64,000 nucleotides of DNA from an uncultured Pseudomonadota bacterium (GCA_903908265.1 CAIVRI010000038.1:28053-92052); one strand, 5' to 3'; shown: positions 18,818 to 28,977, numbered from the stretch's first letter. Translations and numbers: made by a program. Notes: generated by a model not told the origin, from the sequence alone.

Positions 18818-19909
18818 TTACATGCGATGTGGCAACCCCAGATAGTCACGGGACTGCATCTCGGTCAGGCGGCTGATAGTACGCCGGAACTCAAAGGAGA
18901 GGCGCTCACCGGTATAGAGTTGCTCGATGGGGACGGCGGTCGACATCAGCAGTTTGACAGCGCGTTCATAGAATTCGTCCACGAGAGCAATGAACCGTCT
19001 CGCGGCGTTGTCGTCGGCAGACATCGCGGGGACGTTTGAAATCATCACTGTATGAAACTGTCGTGCAATGGCAATGTAGTCGTCCGTGCCGCGCGGCCCT
19101 TGGCAAAGCGCATCAAAGTCGAACCAAACGGCCCCCAGGTGGTGACGCCGTACTGCAATCACGCGGCCCTCGATCTGGATTTCGCCACCGAGGTCACCGT
19201 CGCTCATGGCGAGATCTTCAAATCGCGCACTTAAACGGCTATCGGCGTCTGGATCGGCGTGGGAATACATCGGCGCCCGTTCTAGACACCGCAGACGGTA
19301 ATCAATACCGGCGTCCACCTCGACGACTTCAGTGACGCGCTCCAGTAACGTAATCGTCGGCAGGAAACGGTCGCGCTGTAGTCCATCCTTGTAGAGGCCA
19401 CTCGGTGGCACATTGGAGGTGAAGACCAAGGTCACGCCCGCGTCGACCAGCCCTTGGAACAAACCACCCAAGATCATCGCGTCGGCGATGTCGTTGACAT
19501 AGAGTTCATCGAAGCTGAGCAGATCAATTTCGCCAGCAATTTCCCGCGCTACGGCTGCCAGCGGGTCGCTGTGCGCAGACTGTCGTAAGGCCTGCAAGCG
19601 GCTGTGTACATCCTGCATAAAGCGATGGAAATGCGAGCGGCGCGCGCGCACGCCGACTGCTGCGACGAACAAGTCGACCAACATGGTCTTCCCGCGTCCG
19701 ACGCTGCCCCAAAGATAGACGCCGCGCACGGCTTGACGCTGGGGTTTGCCCAACAGACGAGCGACGAGCCCTGCTGGTGCTCGGGTACGGCGATTGGCCT
19801 CCAGCGCGCAGGCTAGCGCATCCAGTCGCTCGGCCGCCCGCTGCTGCGCCGTGTCCGGGCTAAATCCGTGCCCCTCTAGGAGGGTCCGATAGCGCTCGGT
19901 CACGGTCAC
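18818..19909 (-). CDS. zapE: AFG1/ZapE-family ATPase
   Basis: 363 aa with Walker A LWGSVGRGKT, Walker B LLSFDELYV, and C-terminal blocks typical of ZapE/AFG1. Confidence 0.88.
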   Translation of the reverse strand: MTVTERYRTLLEGHGFSPDTAQQRAAERLDALACALEANRRTRAPAGLVARLLGKPQRQAVRGVYLWGSVGRGKTMLVDLFVAAVGVRARRSHFHRFMQDVHSRLQALRQSAHSDPLAAVAREIAGEIDLLSFDELYVNDIADAMILGGLFQGLVDAGVTLVFTSNVPPSGLYKDGLQRDRFLPTITLLERVTEVVEVDAGIDYRLRCLERAPMYSHADPDADSRLSARFEDLAMSDGDLGGEIQIEGRVIAVRRHHLGAVWFDFDALCQGPRGTDDYIAIARQFHTVMISNVPAMSADDNAARRFIALVDEFYERAVKLLMSTAVPIEQLYTGERLSFEFRRTISRLTEMQSRDYLGLPHRM

Positions 19910-20035
19910 CGTAGTGTACTCGCCGGCCTGCCATCGTGGCGTCGAGCGCGACCGGTCGGGCGGCGTCGCAAATAGGGGAGCGAGGTCAACATCCTATGAG
20001 ATTTTAGCGGGTCCGGTGGCCGCATTGGAGAGGTT

Positions 20036-20986
20036 TTAACGCGAAACCACTCCAGGCAAAACGCACAACATTTCGTACAGCAGATTAGCGGCCAATAGCG
20101 CCGTATTGCCGGTCATGTCGTACGGCGGGCTAACCTCTACGAGGTCTCCACCCACGATCTCTAGGCCCTTCAGACTACGGATGATTTCGAGGGACTGTGG
20201 CACGGTCAGGCCTGCGATCTCGACCGTGCCAGTTCCGGGCGCGTACGCCGGATCGATCCCATCGATGTCGAAACTGATGTAAACGGGGCCCCCCGCTACT
20301 TGTGCGCGCACTTCTTCCATCAGCGGCATCAGAGAGCGATGCCAGCAGTCCTCGGCCTGTACCACGCGAAATCCCTGTTGCCGAGGCCAGTCGAAGTCAT
20401 CGGCGGCATAGCCAGTCCCGCGCAGGCCGATTTGTACGACGCGCTTGCAGTCCAGCAAGCCCTCTTCGACCGCGCGCCGAAATGGCGTGCCGTGAGCAAT
20501 GCGCTCACCAAACATGGTGTCGTTCACATCGGCATGGGCGTCTACATGCACCATGCCGACGGGGCCGTGTTTGCGGTGCAATGCGCGCAGGATGGGTAGT
20601 GCGATCGTATGATCGCCACCCATGGAGAGGGGGATGGTGCCGGCTGCCAGAATGCGGTCGTAGTGCGCTTCGATAATCGCAACACTCTTCTCAAGGTTGA
20701 AAGTGTTGATCGCCACATCGCCAATATCCGCGATGCGCAGACTGTCAAAGGGCGCTGCGCGTGTGGCCATGTTGTACGGCCGTAGCATGCGCGACTCGTC
20801 CCGAATCTGCCGTGGTGCTAGGCGTGCGCCGGGCCGATTGGAGGTGCCGATATCCAGCGGCACACCAATGAAGCCGACGTCGAGGTCGTCTTCGAGTGTG
20901 CAGGCGGGCAGTCGCATAAAAGTGGCCGGACCGCCAAAGCGAGGCATTTCGTTGCCAGATAGCGGCTGGAATAGTGTCTTCTTCAT
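20036..20986 (-). CDS. speB: Agmatinase / ureohydrolase family (SpeB-like; could instead be a guanidino-acid hydrolase)
   Basis: Arginase-fold Mn-binding motifs GGDHTIALP, HVDAHADVND and SFDIDGIDPAYAPGTG. Confidence 0.85.
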   Translation of the reverse strand: MKKTLFQPLSGNEMPRFGGPATFMRLPACTLEDDLDVGFIGVPLDIGTSNRPGARLAPRQIRDESRMLRPYNMATRAAPFDSLRIADIGDVAINTFNLEKSVAIIEAHYDRILAAGTIPLSMGGDHTIALPILRALHRKHGPVGMVHVDAHADVNDTMFGERIAHGTPFRRAVEEGLLDCKRVVQIGLRGTGYAADDFDWPRQQGFRVVQAEDCWHRSLMPLMEEVRAQVAGGPVYISFDIDGIDPAYAPGTGTVEIAGLTVPQSLEIIRSLKGLEIVGGDLVEVSPPYDMTGNTALLAANLLYEMLCVLPGVVSR

Positions 20987-20993
20987 GTCGTAC

Positions 20994-21596
20994 TCACGGG
21001 GGGGCGGTAGCTTCTAGACTCGGGCGTTGTTGGATTATCGACCACCAGGCGGTGAGTTGAGGATCGTCCAAGCCGATTTCGAGGTCGGGCAGGCGGAAGT
21101 GAAGGTAGCCGATCGCCACGGCTGTCGCGATGCGGGCGAGATCAAACGGAGCGTTCGGTGCCGCAGTGATCTCAGCGGCGAGTGTCGCCACACCGCGCGC
21201 AATGGCAGCAGTAGCGCGCGCAACGACATCCGCGGACTGTAGGGCGACAGGACGGCGTCGCTCTAAGACAATAGTGACCCCGGCATCCATAATGCCGTCG
21301 GCGAGGGCCTGCGTCCGCAAGGCGTCCCAACGGGCAGGTCCCGATCGCGGTAGCAAGGGCGCGCCCTCACCCATTGCATCCAAGTATTCGCAGATGACCG
21401 GGCTGTCGTACAGCGCCGAGCCATCGTCTCGGATGAGGGCTGGCACCTTGCCGAGGGGGTTTTTCGCCGCAACGAACGATGGATCCGGCCAAGGCATGGC
21501 ATCGATCAACGCAATCAAGCCGTCTAGCCCTTTTTCGATGGCGACGACACGGACTTTGCGAGCATAGGGCGACGTGGTCGAGTAGTACAGTTGCAT
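20994..21596 (-). CDS. Glutathione S-transferase family protein
   Basis: From the ATG at 21596 the product is MQLYYSTTSPYARKVRVVAIEKGL... (thioredoxin-like GST N-domain, GKVPAL, ALYDSPVICEYLD). The stop lies 7 nt upstream of the agmatinase ATG. Confidence 0.8.
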   Translation of the reverse strand: MQLYYSTTSPYARKVRVVAIEKGLDGLIALIDAMPWPDPSFVAAKNPLGKVPALIRDDGSALYDSPVICEYLDAMGEGAPLLPRSGPARWDALRTQALADGIMDAGVTIVLERRRPVALQSADVVARATAAIARGVATLAAEITAAPNAPFDLARIATAVAIGYLHFRLPDLEIGLDDPQLTAWWSIIQQRPSLEATAPP

Positions 21597-21733
21597 GGCG
21601 TTCACTTTCGCACGGGAAACCAGATCATGCACAGATCATAGCGATAACGTCTACGTAGTGGCGTAGATCCTGATTACTTTATGGGCGATGTGGGACGATG
21701 TCCGCCCGAGAGACTTTGGTGTAGTGGCTGCCT

Positions 21734-22515
21734 ATGGACGTCCTGCTTGAATCTGAACCGTTGCCTGGCATGGCGCAGTTGGTCTTAAACCGTCCGCACA
21801 TCCGCAATGCGCTGGATCCTGAACTGATAGCGCGGCTTCGTGATCGTCTGGCGTACCACGCTGCACGGGCGCAAACCCGGGTAGTGGTTTTGCGGGCGAC
21901 GGGAGCGGCTTTTTGTGCCGGTGTGGAGCTGCGCACCATGCGTGAGCAGGGCCAGTCACCGCTAGCAGACAACGAGGCAGATGCGCGTGCATTGGCGGCA
22001 TTGTTCGCTGCATTGCGCGGTCTGCCAAAGCCGACCGTGGTGGCAGTGCAGGGGCCGACGTTGGGCGCGGGCGTTGGTCTTGTTGCTGCCTGTGACGTGG
22101 CAATCGGAGCCGAGGAAGCGAAATTCTGTCTGCCGGAGGTGCGTTTAGGCATGTGCCGGCGCTGGCAGCCCCGTACCTTATTGAGGCGATTGGATTACGA
22201 CAGGTGCGCCGGTATGCCCTGTCCGGTGAAATGATGAGCGCCGTACGTGCACAGGAGCTTGGGTTGCTGCATGAGGTGGTGCCAACGCTCGCGTTAGGGG
22301 GTGAGGCGCTCCGATTGGCGTCGGACCTGTTGCAAGGCGGGCCTCAGGCGCTTGCCGAGTGCAAGGACCTATTCACGAGGACTGGGCTATTGAGCGCAGG
22401 CGAGCAGCGCGATGTAGCCCTTGCCAGCGTGCTGGCGCGTTTGCGCGCCAGTGCGGAGGCGCAGGGCGGTCTCGCCGCGATGATTGCGCGGCGGCCACCG
22501 CCTTGGGCGCCATGA
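21734..22515 (+). pseudogene. Enoyl-CoA hydratase/isomerase (crotonase) family gene interrupted by a frameshift near 22151-22156
   Basis: ORF 21734-22234 carries the crotonase N-half (LVLNRPHIRNAL, RATGAAFCAGVEL, AVQGPTLGAGVGL, CLPEVRLGM) and then turns into nonsense. The C-half (PALAAPYLIEAIGLRQVRRYALSGEMM...) continues in the -1 frame from 22153. Joining ...EVRLGM-x-PALAAPY... needs exactly one extra nucleotide. Confidence 0.8.
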
Positions 22516-22529
22516 CGGCGCTTGTCTAT

Positions 22530-24143
22530 TTATAGATTGGTGTAGTTTGGCCCTGAGCCGCCTTCGGGTGTTGTCCAGGTAATTTGTGCATACGGATCCT
22601 TGATGTCGCACGCTTTGCAATGGACGCAGTTGGAGGCGTTAATTTGCAGTTTTCGACCGCCCGCGCCGTCATCTACCATCTCGTAGACACCTGCCGGGCA
22701 GAAGTTTTCGCACGGGTTGCCGAACTCTTTCGCACACTGATCCGCACAGATGGCGGTATCGCGCACTTTGAGGTGTGCCGGCTGCGCATCGTCATGTGTT
22801 GTCGCGGCAAAATACACAGCCGCAGTACGGTCTCTGGGCTTTAGCGCAAGGTCACCCGCCCACTTTCGGTCTGGGGATGTGTATGCGTCGAGGTGACGCA
22901 ACTGCGTGTGGTCCGCCTTGTTCTTGAAGGTCCACGGGGTGCGGCCACCGGTTACCGTTTCGAGTGCGCCATTGGCAAGGCCGACCCAAAGTCCTTTCTT
23001 AAAGGCCGGTTTGAAATTGCGAACTTTGCGCAGTTCCTGTCCCGCTGCGGAGGCGCGCAAGCGGGCGTCGTAACCTGCGGTACCGCCGGTCTCCAGCAGA
23101 TGCTCAGCAGCCAGCATGCCGGAGCGAATGGCTTGATGGACGCCCTTTACTTTGGGTAGGTTTACGAGACCGGCTGCGCAGCCGACCAGCAGTGCGCCGG
23201 GCATTTCGGTCTTTGGTAGTGACTGAAAGCCGCCGGCCGCAATCGTTCGCGCGCCGTAGGTGAGGATTTCGCCGCCCTCGAGTAGGGGCCGTACCGATGG
23301 ATGATTCTTGAACTGCTGAAAGGCTTCAAATGGTTTAAAGCGTGGGTCCTTATAGTCCAGCCCGACCACGTAACCGACGTACACGCGGTTGTTATTGAGG
23401 TGGTACAGGAAGCTGCCGGCGTAGGTGTTGGCATCCACCGGGAAGCCTACGGTATGCGAGATCAAGCCGGGCTCGACACGGCCCTCGGGTAACTGCCAGA
23501 GCTCCTTGAAGCCGAGACCGTAGGTTTGCGGCGAGCAATGGGCATCTAGGCCAAATTTCGCAATCAACTGTTTGGTGACGCTGCCGCGTGCGCCCTCGGC
23601 GAAAATCGTGGTTTTGGCACGAATTTCGGGGCCTGGAGCAAAGTTTGGACCCGCCTCGCCGTTCTTATCGATGCCCATGTCGCCGATCTGTATGCCACAG
23701 ACCGCGCCGTCATCGTCAAACAACGCTTGCGAGGCTGCGAAGCCGGCGAAAACGTCTACGCCCAGCGCCTCGGCTTGCGTTGCCATATAGGGCGTCAATT
23801 GCCCGAGAGAGAGAATGAAGTTGCCGTGATTGTGCATCTGCGGCGGTGTCGGCATCCAGAGGGCCCGATTTTTTGTCAGCAGTCGGAATTCATCGCGCGT
23901 CGCTTCGACGCAGATCTCGGGCTTATTGTCCCGCCATGACGGCAGTAAGGCATCGAGTGGGCCGGGTTCCAGAACGAGGCCTGAGAGGGAGTGAGCCCCA
24001 ATAGCGGCGCCCTTTTCCAGAACGCAGACGTTCAGGTCACTATTTAATTGCTTGAGCCGTATAGCCGTCGACAGGCCTGCTGGGCCGCCGCCGACGATGA
24101 CGACGTCATACTCCATCTGGTCGCGTTCAATCTCTGCGCTCAT
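22530..24143 (-). CDS. Electron-transferring-flavoprotein:ubiquinone oxidoreductase (ETF-QO)
   Basis: 537 aa with N-terminal FAD motif YDVVIVGGGPAGLS and a C-terminal 4Fe-4S region (NFCPAGVYE...NCVHCKACDIKDP...WTTPEGGSGPNY) characteristic of ETF-QO. Confidence 0.93.
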   Translation of the reverse strand: MSAEIERDQMEYDVVIVGGGPAGLSTAIRLKQLNSDLNVCVLEKGAAIGAHSLSGLVLEPGPLDALLPSWRDNKPEICVEATRDEFRLLTKNRALWMPTPPQMHNHGNFILSLGQLTPYMATQAEALGVDVFAGFAASQALFDDDGAVCGIQIGDMGIDKNGEAGPNFAPGPEIRAKTTIFAEGARGSVTKQLIAKFGLDAHCSPQTYGLGFKELWQLPEGRVEPGLISHTVGFPVDANTYAGSFLYHLNNNRVYVGYVVGLDYKDPRFKPFEAFQQFKNHPSVRPLLEGGEILTYGARTIAAGGFQSLPKTEMPGALLVGCAAGLVNLPKVKGVHQAIRSGMLAAEHLLETGGTAGYDARLRASAAGQELRKVRNFKPAFKKGLWVGLANGALETVTGGRTPWTFKNKADHTQLRHLDAYTSPDRKWAGDLALKPRDRTAAVYFAATTHDDAQPAHLKVRDTAICADQCAKEFGNPCENFCPAGVYEMVDDGAGGRKLQINASNCVHCKACDIKDPYAQITWTTPEGGSGPNYTNL

Positions 24144-24179
24144 GTGCGTTCTCTCAATGGTCGGAGGTGTAGAGCAAAA

Positions 24180-25586
24180 TCAGCGGAAGTCGGCGCCATG
24201 GAGCGCATCAATCCCCTCGATCTCTGATTTTATCTTCGAAAGGTCGCCGGCGACGACTACGGTGATGCGCATTGGGTCAATTTCCCTGGCCGCCTGATGC
24301 ACGCCCTCTGGGGTGACCCTCTGTAGGCGCTGCAGGTAGTTAGTCAGCCATTCCGTACCGAGTTCGTGCCGATCGACAAATTGGACCTGTCCGATGAGGC
24401 CTTCCCGGCTGGAGGCGCCCATCAAGAAATGGCCGGCTCGGTAATTTTGCACCCGCTGCAGTTCGTCGTCATCCGGGGCTGTAGTGGATAGTCGCACGAT
24501 TTCTTTGAAGATTTCCTGGATCGCTGCGGCCGTATCCGGGGTATTCACATCGGCAAAGAGCACCCAAAGAGCGGCATCCTGCAAGGGCTCGATCTGCGTT
24601 TGGACCCCATAGGTCCATCCTTTTTCCTCGCGCAGATTTTCGTCCAACCGCGACAGCAGGCCGGCGCCACCGAGTAGCGCGTTGGCCAGTGATAGGTCGG
24701 TAAAGCCCGGCGTTTTGAGTGCCCGAACCGGGAGCCCCATCAAAATGGTCGATTGTTTAGCGCCAGGGCGGTCGATCAACTGCACGATGCGCGAAGTCAG
24801 GGGAACGGAATGATCGATGCGAGCGGGTTCCCCCGCCGACCAGTCATCGAAAGCGGTGTGCAAGGCGGTTTCAATAGCCGACGCGTCGTACCGGCCCGCG
24901 ACATAGATGCGGGTACGCTTCGCTGCTAGTTCTTGGCCCACAAAGGTTCGAATATCGGTGATGGAGATCGCATCGACATCTGCATCCTGAATCCGTCGCC
25001 CTCGCGGACCGTCGCCATAGAAAAGGTGGGCGAAGGCCTCGGAGGCCATGCTTTGCTGTTGGGAGCGCGCGATCGCCAGAGCGCGCTTCAGATCCGCCTT
25101 CAGTCGATCCAACTCGGAGGCGGGCAATGTCGGCCGGCGCAACACGTCTGCCAGTAAGGCGATCGCTGCTGGCCCGTGCTCTGCAAGCACGTCGATCGAA
25201 ACCGTCAATGTATCGAGACCAGCGCTGATACCGACGGCGCCGCCCAAGTCTGCAGCATGACGAAAAAGTGTGGCGGCCTCGCCACCACGGACGCCTTGTT
25301 TCATCAAGTCAGCGGCGAGGCGGGAAAGGCCCGGATGCGCTCCATCTGCTAGTGCGCCTGTACCCACCGTGAGCACGATGGTCGTCTTTGGGACATGGCC
25401 AAAAGGCACCAAGGTCGCAATGAGTCCATTCTCCAGTCGTACGTCGGCACGCGCCGGGAGAGACACGATCGGTGCAGGGCCGGGCTTCGGCACACCGACG
25501 CTGTACGCTGGGGCGCTTAGTATCAAAGCCGTGCAAAGAGTCCCCGAGGTTGCGGCGAGGGCGAACCGAGTGAAGAATCGTTTCAT
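24180..25586 (-). CDS. M16-family peptidase-like protein, non-catalytic partner (no HxxEH), secreted
   Basis: 468 aa with a signal peptide (MKRFFTRFALAATSGTLCTALILSAPAYS) and M16 domain organisation but no zinc motif. Its start overlaps the stop of the upstream M16 gene (ATGA at 25583-25586). Confidence 0.78.
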   Translation of the reverse strand: MKRFFTRFALAATSGTLCTALILSAPAYSVGVPKPGPAPIVSLPARADVRLENGLIATLVPFGHVPKTTIVLTVGTGALADGAHPGLSRLAADLMKQGVRGGEAATLFRHAADLGGAVGISAGLDTLTVSIDVLAEHGPAAIALLADVLRRPTLPASELDRLKADLKRALAIARSQQQSMASEAFAHLFYGDGPRGRRIQDADVDAISITDIRTFVGQELAAKRTRIYVAGRYDASAIETALHTAFDDWSAGEPARIDHSVPLTSRIVQLIDRPGAKQSTILMGLPVRALKTPGFTDLSLANALLGGAGLLSRLDENLREEKGWTYGVQTQIEPLQDAALWVLFADVNTPDTAAAIQEIFKEIVRLSTTAPDDDELQRVQNYRAGHFLMGASSREGLIGQVQFVDRHELGTEWLTNYLQRLQRVTPEGVHQAAREIDPMRITVVVAGDLSKIKSEIEGIDALHGADFR

Positions 25587-26968
25587 GGTGTTGCACTCGC
25601 TGCGCCTGCCCGTAAATGCACTACGGTGCGATTGGTCGGCACGAGGTACTTGCGAGCGACCGTTTGGATCTGCTTGGGGGTAATCTTGCCGAGGCGCGAT
25701 TCGATTCGATTGACGGCCGTCGGATCGTTATCAAATAGCGCCAAACTCGCCAGAATTTCGACCAAACCGAAGCGGTCTGGACTGCCCGCGACGTCGTACA
25801 AGGCTGAGCGTACTTTCGTACGTGCGGTGGCCAGTTCTGCGGCGCTGACCGGCGAGTGCCGCAGGCTTGCGATGACTGATTCCACCTCAGTGAGAACGCG
25901 CGCCTCATCGAGACCACTGTCGTGCACTAAGGAAGCGGACCACAGCATCGGACCCTCGTAATCATAAGCTGTGCCCAAAAGGTTGACTCCACCTTCGATG
26001 CTATCGGCGTAACCACGTTCTGTGACTAGGCGTTGCCAGAGGCGACTTTCCTCACCCTGTAGCAAAATTACATCGAGTAGCAGGAACGCATACCAGTCCT
26101 CCGTATTGCGCGGCGGCAGGTGATATCCGAACGCGAGCGCGGGCCGTGGCGCGAGAGGGTCTGTCCGGGTGGTTTCTTGCGGTGCCGTTTGTTTTGGCTC
26201 CGACAGATCCGGGCGTGGCGGTGCCGGTCGTGCTGGCAAGCTGGCAAATTGCGCCGCAACTTGCGCGCGAATTTTTTGTGGATCGAAGTCCCCGGCGATG
26301 ACGAGAACCGCATTGGAGGGTATGTAGTAAGACGTGTAGAAGGCTGCGATATCGGCGCCTGTGGCGGCTTCTATCTCTTCAAGTTCGCCGTAGAAATTAT
26401 GTGCATTGAACCAGTTCTTGTTAGCGGCTTGGGGCAGGTCAAGCCAAGGGAATCCGCCGTAGGGTCGGTTCAGGACATTGACCCGGACTTCATTTTTTAC
26501 TACGTCTTTTTGGTTCTGAATACTGGCTTCGCTGATGGCCAGACCCCGCATTCGGTCCGCCTCTACATACAAAGTCGCTTCTAAAACGTTATTTGGCACG
26601 ACTTCGAAATAATTCGTGTAGTCGAACCGTGTTGAGCCGTTGCCCAAGCCGCCATTACCGGCTATCACGCGATCCGCTTCACCTTTTTTCAGATTCGGCG
26701 TCTCCTGAAACATCAGATGTTCAAACAAGTGCGCAAAACCGGTGCGATTGCGCGGCTCAATACGAAAGCCGATGTGGTAATAAGTGCCGATCGTTACCGT
26801 CGGGATGGACGAGTCTGGCGCCAGCACGACCCGCAGACCATTATCGAGCGTGTAATAGTCTATTGGGATGCTCAGTTGCTGCAGGTTCGTAGCCCGTTCG
26901 GCTGCAAAGCCGCTGAGGCCCATGGCGCCTAGTAGCAGAGCACTCAAGATTGGCAAGAATCTCAACAT
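25583..26968 (-). CDS. M16-family zinc metallopeptidase (insulinase/pitrilysin-like), secreted
   Basis: 461 aa with a signal peptide (MLRFLPILSALLLGAMGLSGFAAE) and the inverted zinc motif HLFEHLMFQ. Confidence 0.88.
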   Translation of the reverse strand: MLRFLPILSALLLGAMGLSGFAAERATNLQQLSIPIDYYTLDNGLRVVLAPDSSIPTVTIGTYYHIGFRIEPRNRTGFAHLFEHLMFQETPNLKKGEADRVIAGNGGLGNGSTRFDYTNYFEVVPNNVLEATLYVEADRMRGLAISEASIQNQKDVVKNEVRVNVLNRPYGGFPWLDLPQAANKNWFNAHNFYGELEEIEAATGADIAAFYTSYYIPSNAVLVIAGDFDPQKIRAQVAAQFASLPARPAPPRPDLSEPKQTAPQETTRTDPLAPRPALAFGYHLPPRNTEDWYAFLLLDVILLQGEESRLWQRLVTERGYADSIEGGVNLLGTAYDYEGPMLWSASLVHDSGLDEARVLTEVESVIASLRHSPVSAAELATARTKVRSALYDVAGSPDRFGLVEILASLALFDNDPTAVNRIESRLGKITPKQIQTVARKYLVPTNRTVVHLRAGAASATP

Positions 26969-27058
26969 GGACAGGCGCTCGGAACTAAAACCCGATTATG
27001 GCGCGGGGGCCTTATGATCGGCTACAGGCAGGCGGTGCTGAAGCGACGTTAAAGTACT

Positions 27059-27096
27059 CACAGGCGACGTACGCAGCAGACGCAGCGTCGCCTGTG
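27059..27096 (-). terminator. Hairpin directly downstream of the SDR gene (candidate terminator)
   Basis: Perfect 11-bp stem CACAGGCGACG (27059-27069) with CGTCGCCTGTG (27086-27096) and a 16-nt loop, 7 nt beyond the stop at 27104-27106. Only a short U-run follows in minus-strand sense. Confidence 0.5.
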
Positions 27097-27103
27097 TGTG
27101 GAG

Positions 27104-27865
27104 CTAGATGCGCAGGCCGCCATCAATCTGAATCGTCCGACCGGTGAAAAAGTCATTTTCCACGATGAACAGCGCTGTCTGGGCGATCTCTTCTGGCAAG
27201 CCGAGACGCTTTAGCGGTACCGGAGCGGTGACCTTGGCGAGGGTCTCTGGCGGCATGCCGGAAAGGATTTCCGTTGCGCAGTACCCAGGAGCGATCGCAC
27301 CGGTCCGAATCCCGTAGCGAGCCAGTTCTTTCGACCAGGTTATTGCCATGGCTGCAACGCCTGCTTTCGTCGCCACGTAGTTGGTCTGGCCGAGGTTGCC
27401 GTCCTTGGAGATGGACGACATATTGATGATAACCCCACCGTTTCCGAACCGGATCATGTGCTCAGCAGCCTCACGGCCACACAAGAACACTCCCGTCAGG
27501 TTGACGCTGATGACCGAACTCCACTGGTCGAGGCTCATCTTTCCGACGATCACGCCATCCTTGACCTTGACCAAGAGGCCATCTTTGATGATGCCCGCGT
27601 TGTTTATCATTACGTCTAGCGAGCCAAAGTCTGTGGCGATGGCATTCAGCGTGGCAATGACCTCGTCTTCTTTGGTTACGTTGCAAGCATAACTGCGCGA
27701 TTCCACCCCAGCCGCGGCGCACAAAGCAGCGGTTTGGGTCATGTCATCGGCGGATAGGTCGATGAGCGCCAGACGCGCACCTTTCTGGGCAAATGTCACA
27801 GCGAGAGCTTTGCCAATGCCGCGAGCTGCTCCGGTAATGGCAACCGTCTTTCCCTTGAGTTCCAT
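27104..27865 (-). CDS. Short-chain dehydrogenase/reductase (3-hydroxyacyl-CoA dehydrogenase / FabG-like)
   Basis: TGAARGIGKALA cofactor motif, NNAGI, and catalytic YVATKAG (YxxxK). Confidence 0.88.
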   Translation of the reverse strand: MELKGKTVAITGAARGIGKALAVTFAQKGARLALIDLSADDMTQTAALCAAAGVESRSYACNVTKEDEVIATLNAIATDFGSLDVMINNAGIIKDGLLVKVKDGVIVGKMSLDQWSSVISVNLTGVFLCGREAAEHMIRFGNGGVIINMSSISKDGNLGQTNYVATKAGVAAMAITWSKELARYGIRTGAIAPGYCATEILSGMPPETLAKVTAPVPLKRLGLPEEIAQTALFIVENDFFTGRTIQIDGGLRI

Positions 27866-27911
27866 CTTCTTCTTTCCTAAGCCCTATTGGGACTGTTGTA
27901 GAGATTAAAAA

Positions 27912-28961
27912 TTAGTGAATCGCCGCCTCGTCAACGCTATGAAGGAAGCGGATGAGGCCTTTCATATAAGTGTCCTGATCGTCATACAGCGCCATATGAC
28001 TGCCCTTGTCGCAGTACAGGTATTGGCCCTTGGGGAATTGCTTTGACATCCATTCCATATGACTTGGGTCCATCGTGTCGTGCCGCGCCCCGATCACTAA
28101 GGTTGGTACGTTGATCAGGTGCAGATCCGCGCTGCGATCCCAGTGCTCAAGAGAGCCGCGTGCCCCGAGTTCGCTGGGGCCCTGCATTGGCACATAGACT
28201 TCTTTGTTTAGTCGGCCAAACGAACGTAGCACGGGTTCTGGCCATTGCGCCGGTGGGGCGCGCAGTATGTGTTGGGTATAGAAATTTTCAAAGAGTAGGG
28301 TCTCGTAGCGCGGATTGTTGAATTCGCCCCGTTTGTCGAGCGTGCGAATTTCCGCGAGTACTTTCTGATCCATCTGTGGCATCAGCACCGTTTGGGCATA
28401 AGCGTTGTATGCCGGGATGCTCGACATCATGTTGGAGACGATCAGACCCTTTAAATGGTTCTGATGCTGCAAGGCGTATTCAATTGCGAGTAACCCACCC
28501 CAAGACTGACCGTAGAGGTAGAAGTTGTTTTGATCGAGACCTAGGGCAACTCGGACCTGCTCGACCTCATCAATGAAACGATTGAGATTCCACAGCGTTG
28601 GATCATGTGGCTGATCGCTGTAAGCAGAGCCTAACTGATCGTAGTAGTAATACTCCACATTGGCTGCTGGTAGAAAGCTGTCAAAAGCTTCGTACGCTTC
28701 GTGCGACATGCCCGGTCCGCCATGCAGGATGAGCACCTTGATCCGCGGATTGTTGCCGACTCGCTTGGTCCAAACGTGGAAGGTGCCGACTGGGGTTGTG
28801 ATGGGAAGCATGCGGACGCCCCCGGTTGCCGTGTCGGTGCGGCCCGACTGATCAAAATAGGCAGAGGGCATAGTTGCCGCCGGCGTTTGGGTTTGATTGC
28901 ACCCTGTCAGCGCAAGCAAAATAGTCACAAGGAAGCCATAGATACGCAGGGAGTAGGGCAT
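27912..28961 (-). CDS. Alpha/beta-hydrolase, proline iminopeptidase family; predicted lipoprotein
   Basis: From the ATG at 28961 the product is MPYSLRIYGFLVTILLALTGC (lipobox LTGC). It has the HGGPG oxyanion motif and the nucleophile elbow GQSWGG. The upstream part of the 382-aa ORF overlaps the thiolase gene end. Confidence 0.82.
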   Translation of the reverse strand: MPYSLRIYGFLVTILLALTGCNQTQTPAATMPSAYFDQSGRTDTATGGVRMLPITTPVGTFHVWTKRVGNNPRIKVLILHGGPGMSHEAYEAFDSFLPAANVEYYYYDQLGSAYSDQPHDPTLWNLNRFIDEVEQVRVALGLDQNNFYLYGQSWGGLLAIEYALQHQNHLKGLIVSNMMSSIPAYNAYAQTVLMPQMDQKVLAEIRTLDKRGEFNNPRYETLLFENFYTQHILRAPPAQWPEPVLRSFGRLNKEVYVPMQGPSELGARGSLEHWDRSADLHLINVPTLVIGARHDTMDPSHMEWMSKQFPKGQYLYCDKGSHMALYDDQDTYMKGLIRFLHSVDEAAIH

Positions 28962-28977
28962 TGGCTCGTGTTCCTTT

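Noticed and set aside
22153-22515. Treating the second half of the crotonase as an independent 120-aa gene starting at GTG 22153
   Set aside because: It encodes only the C-terminal half of the crotonase fold. It continues the upstream ORF exactly where family conservation predicts, so a frameshifted single gene is the simpler explanation.
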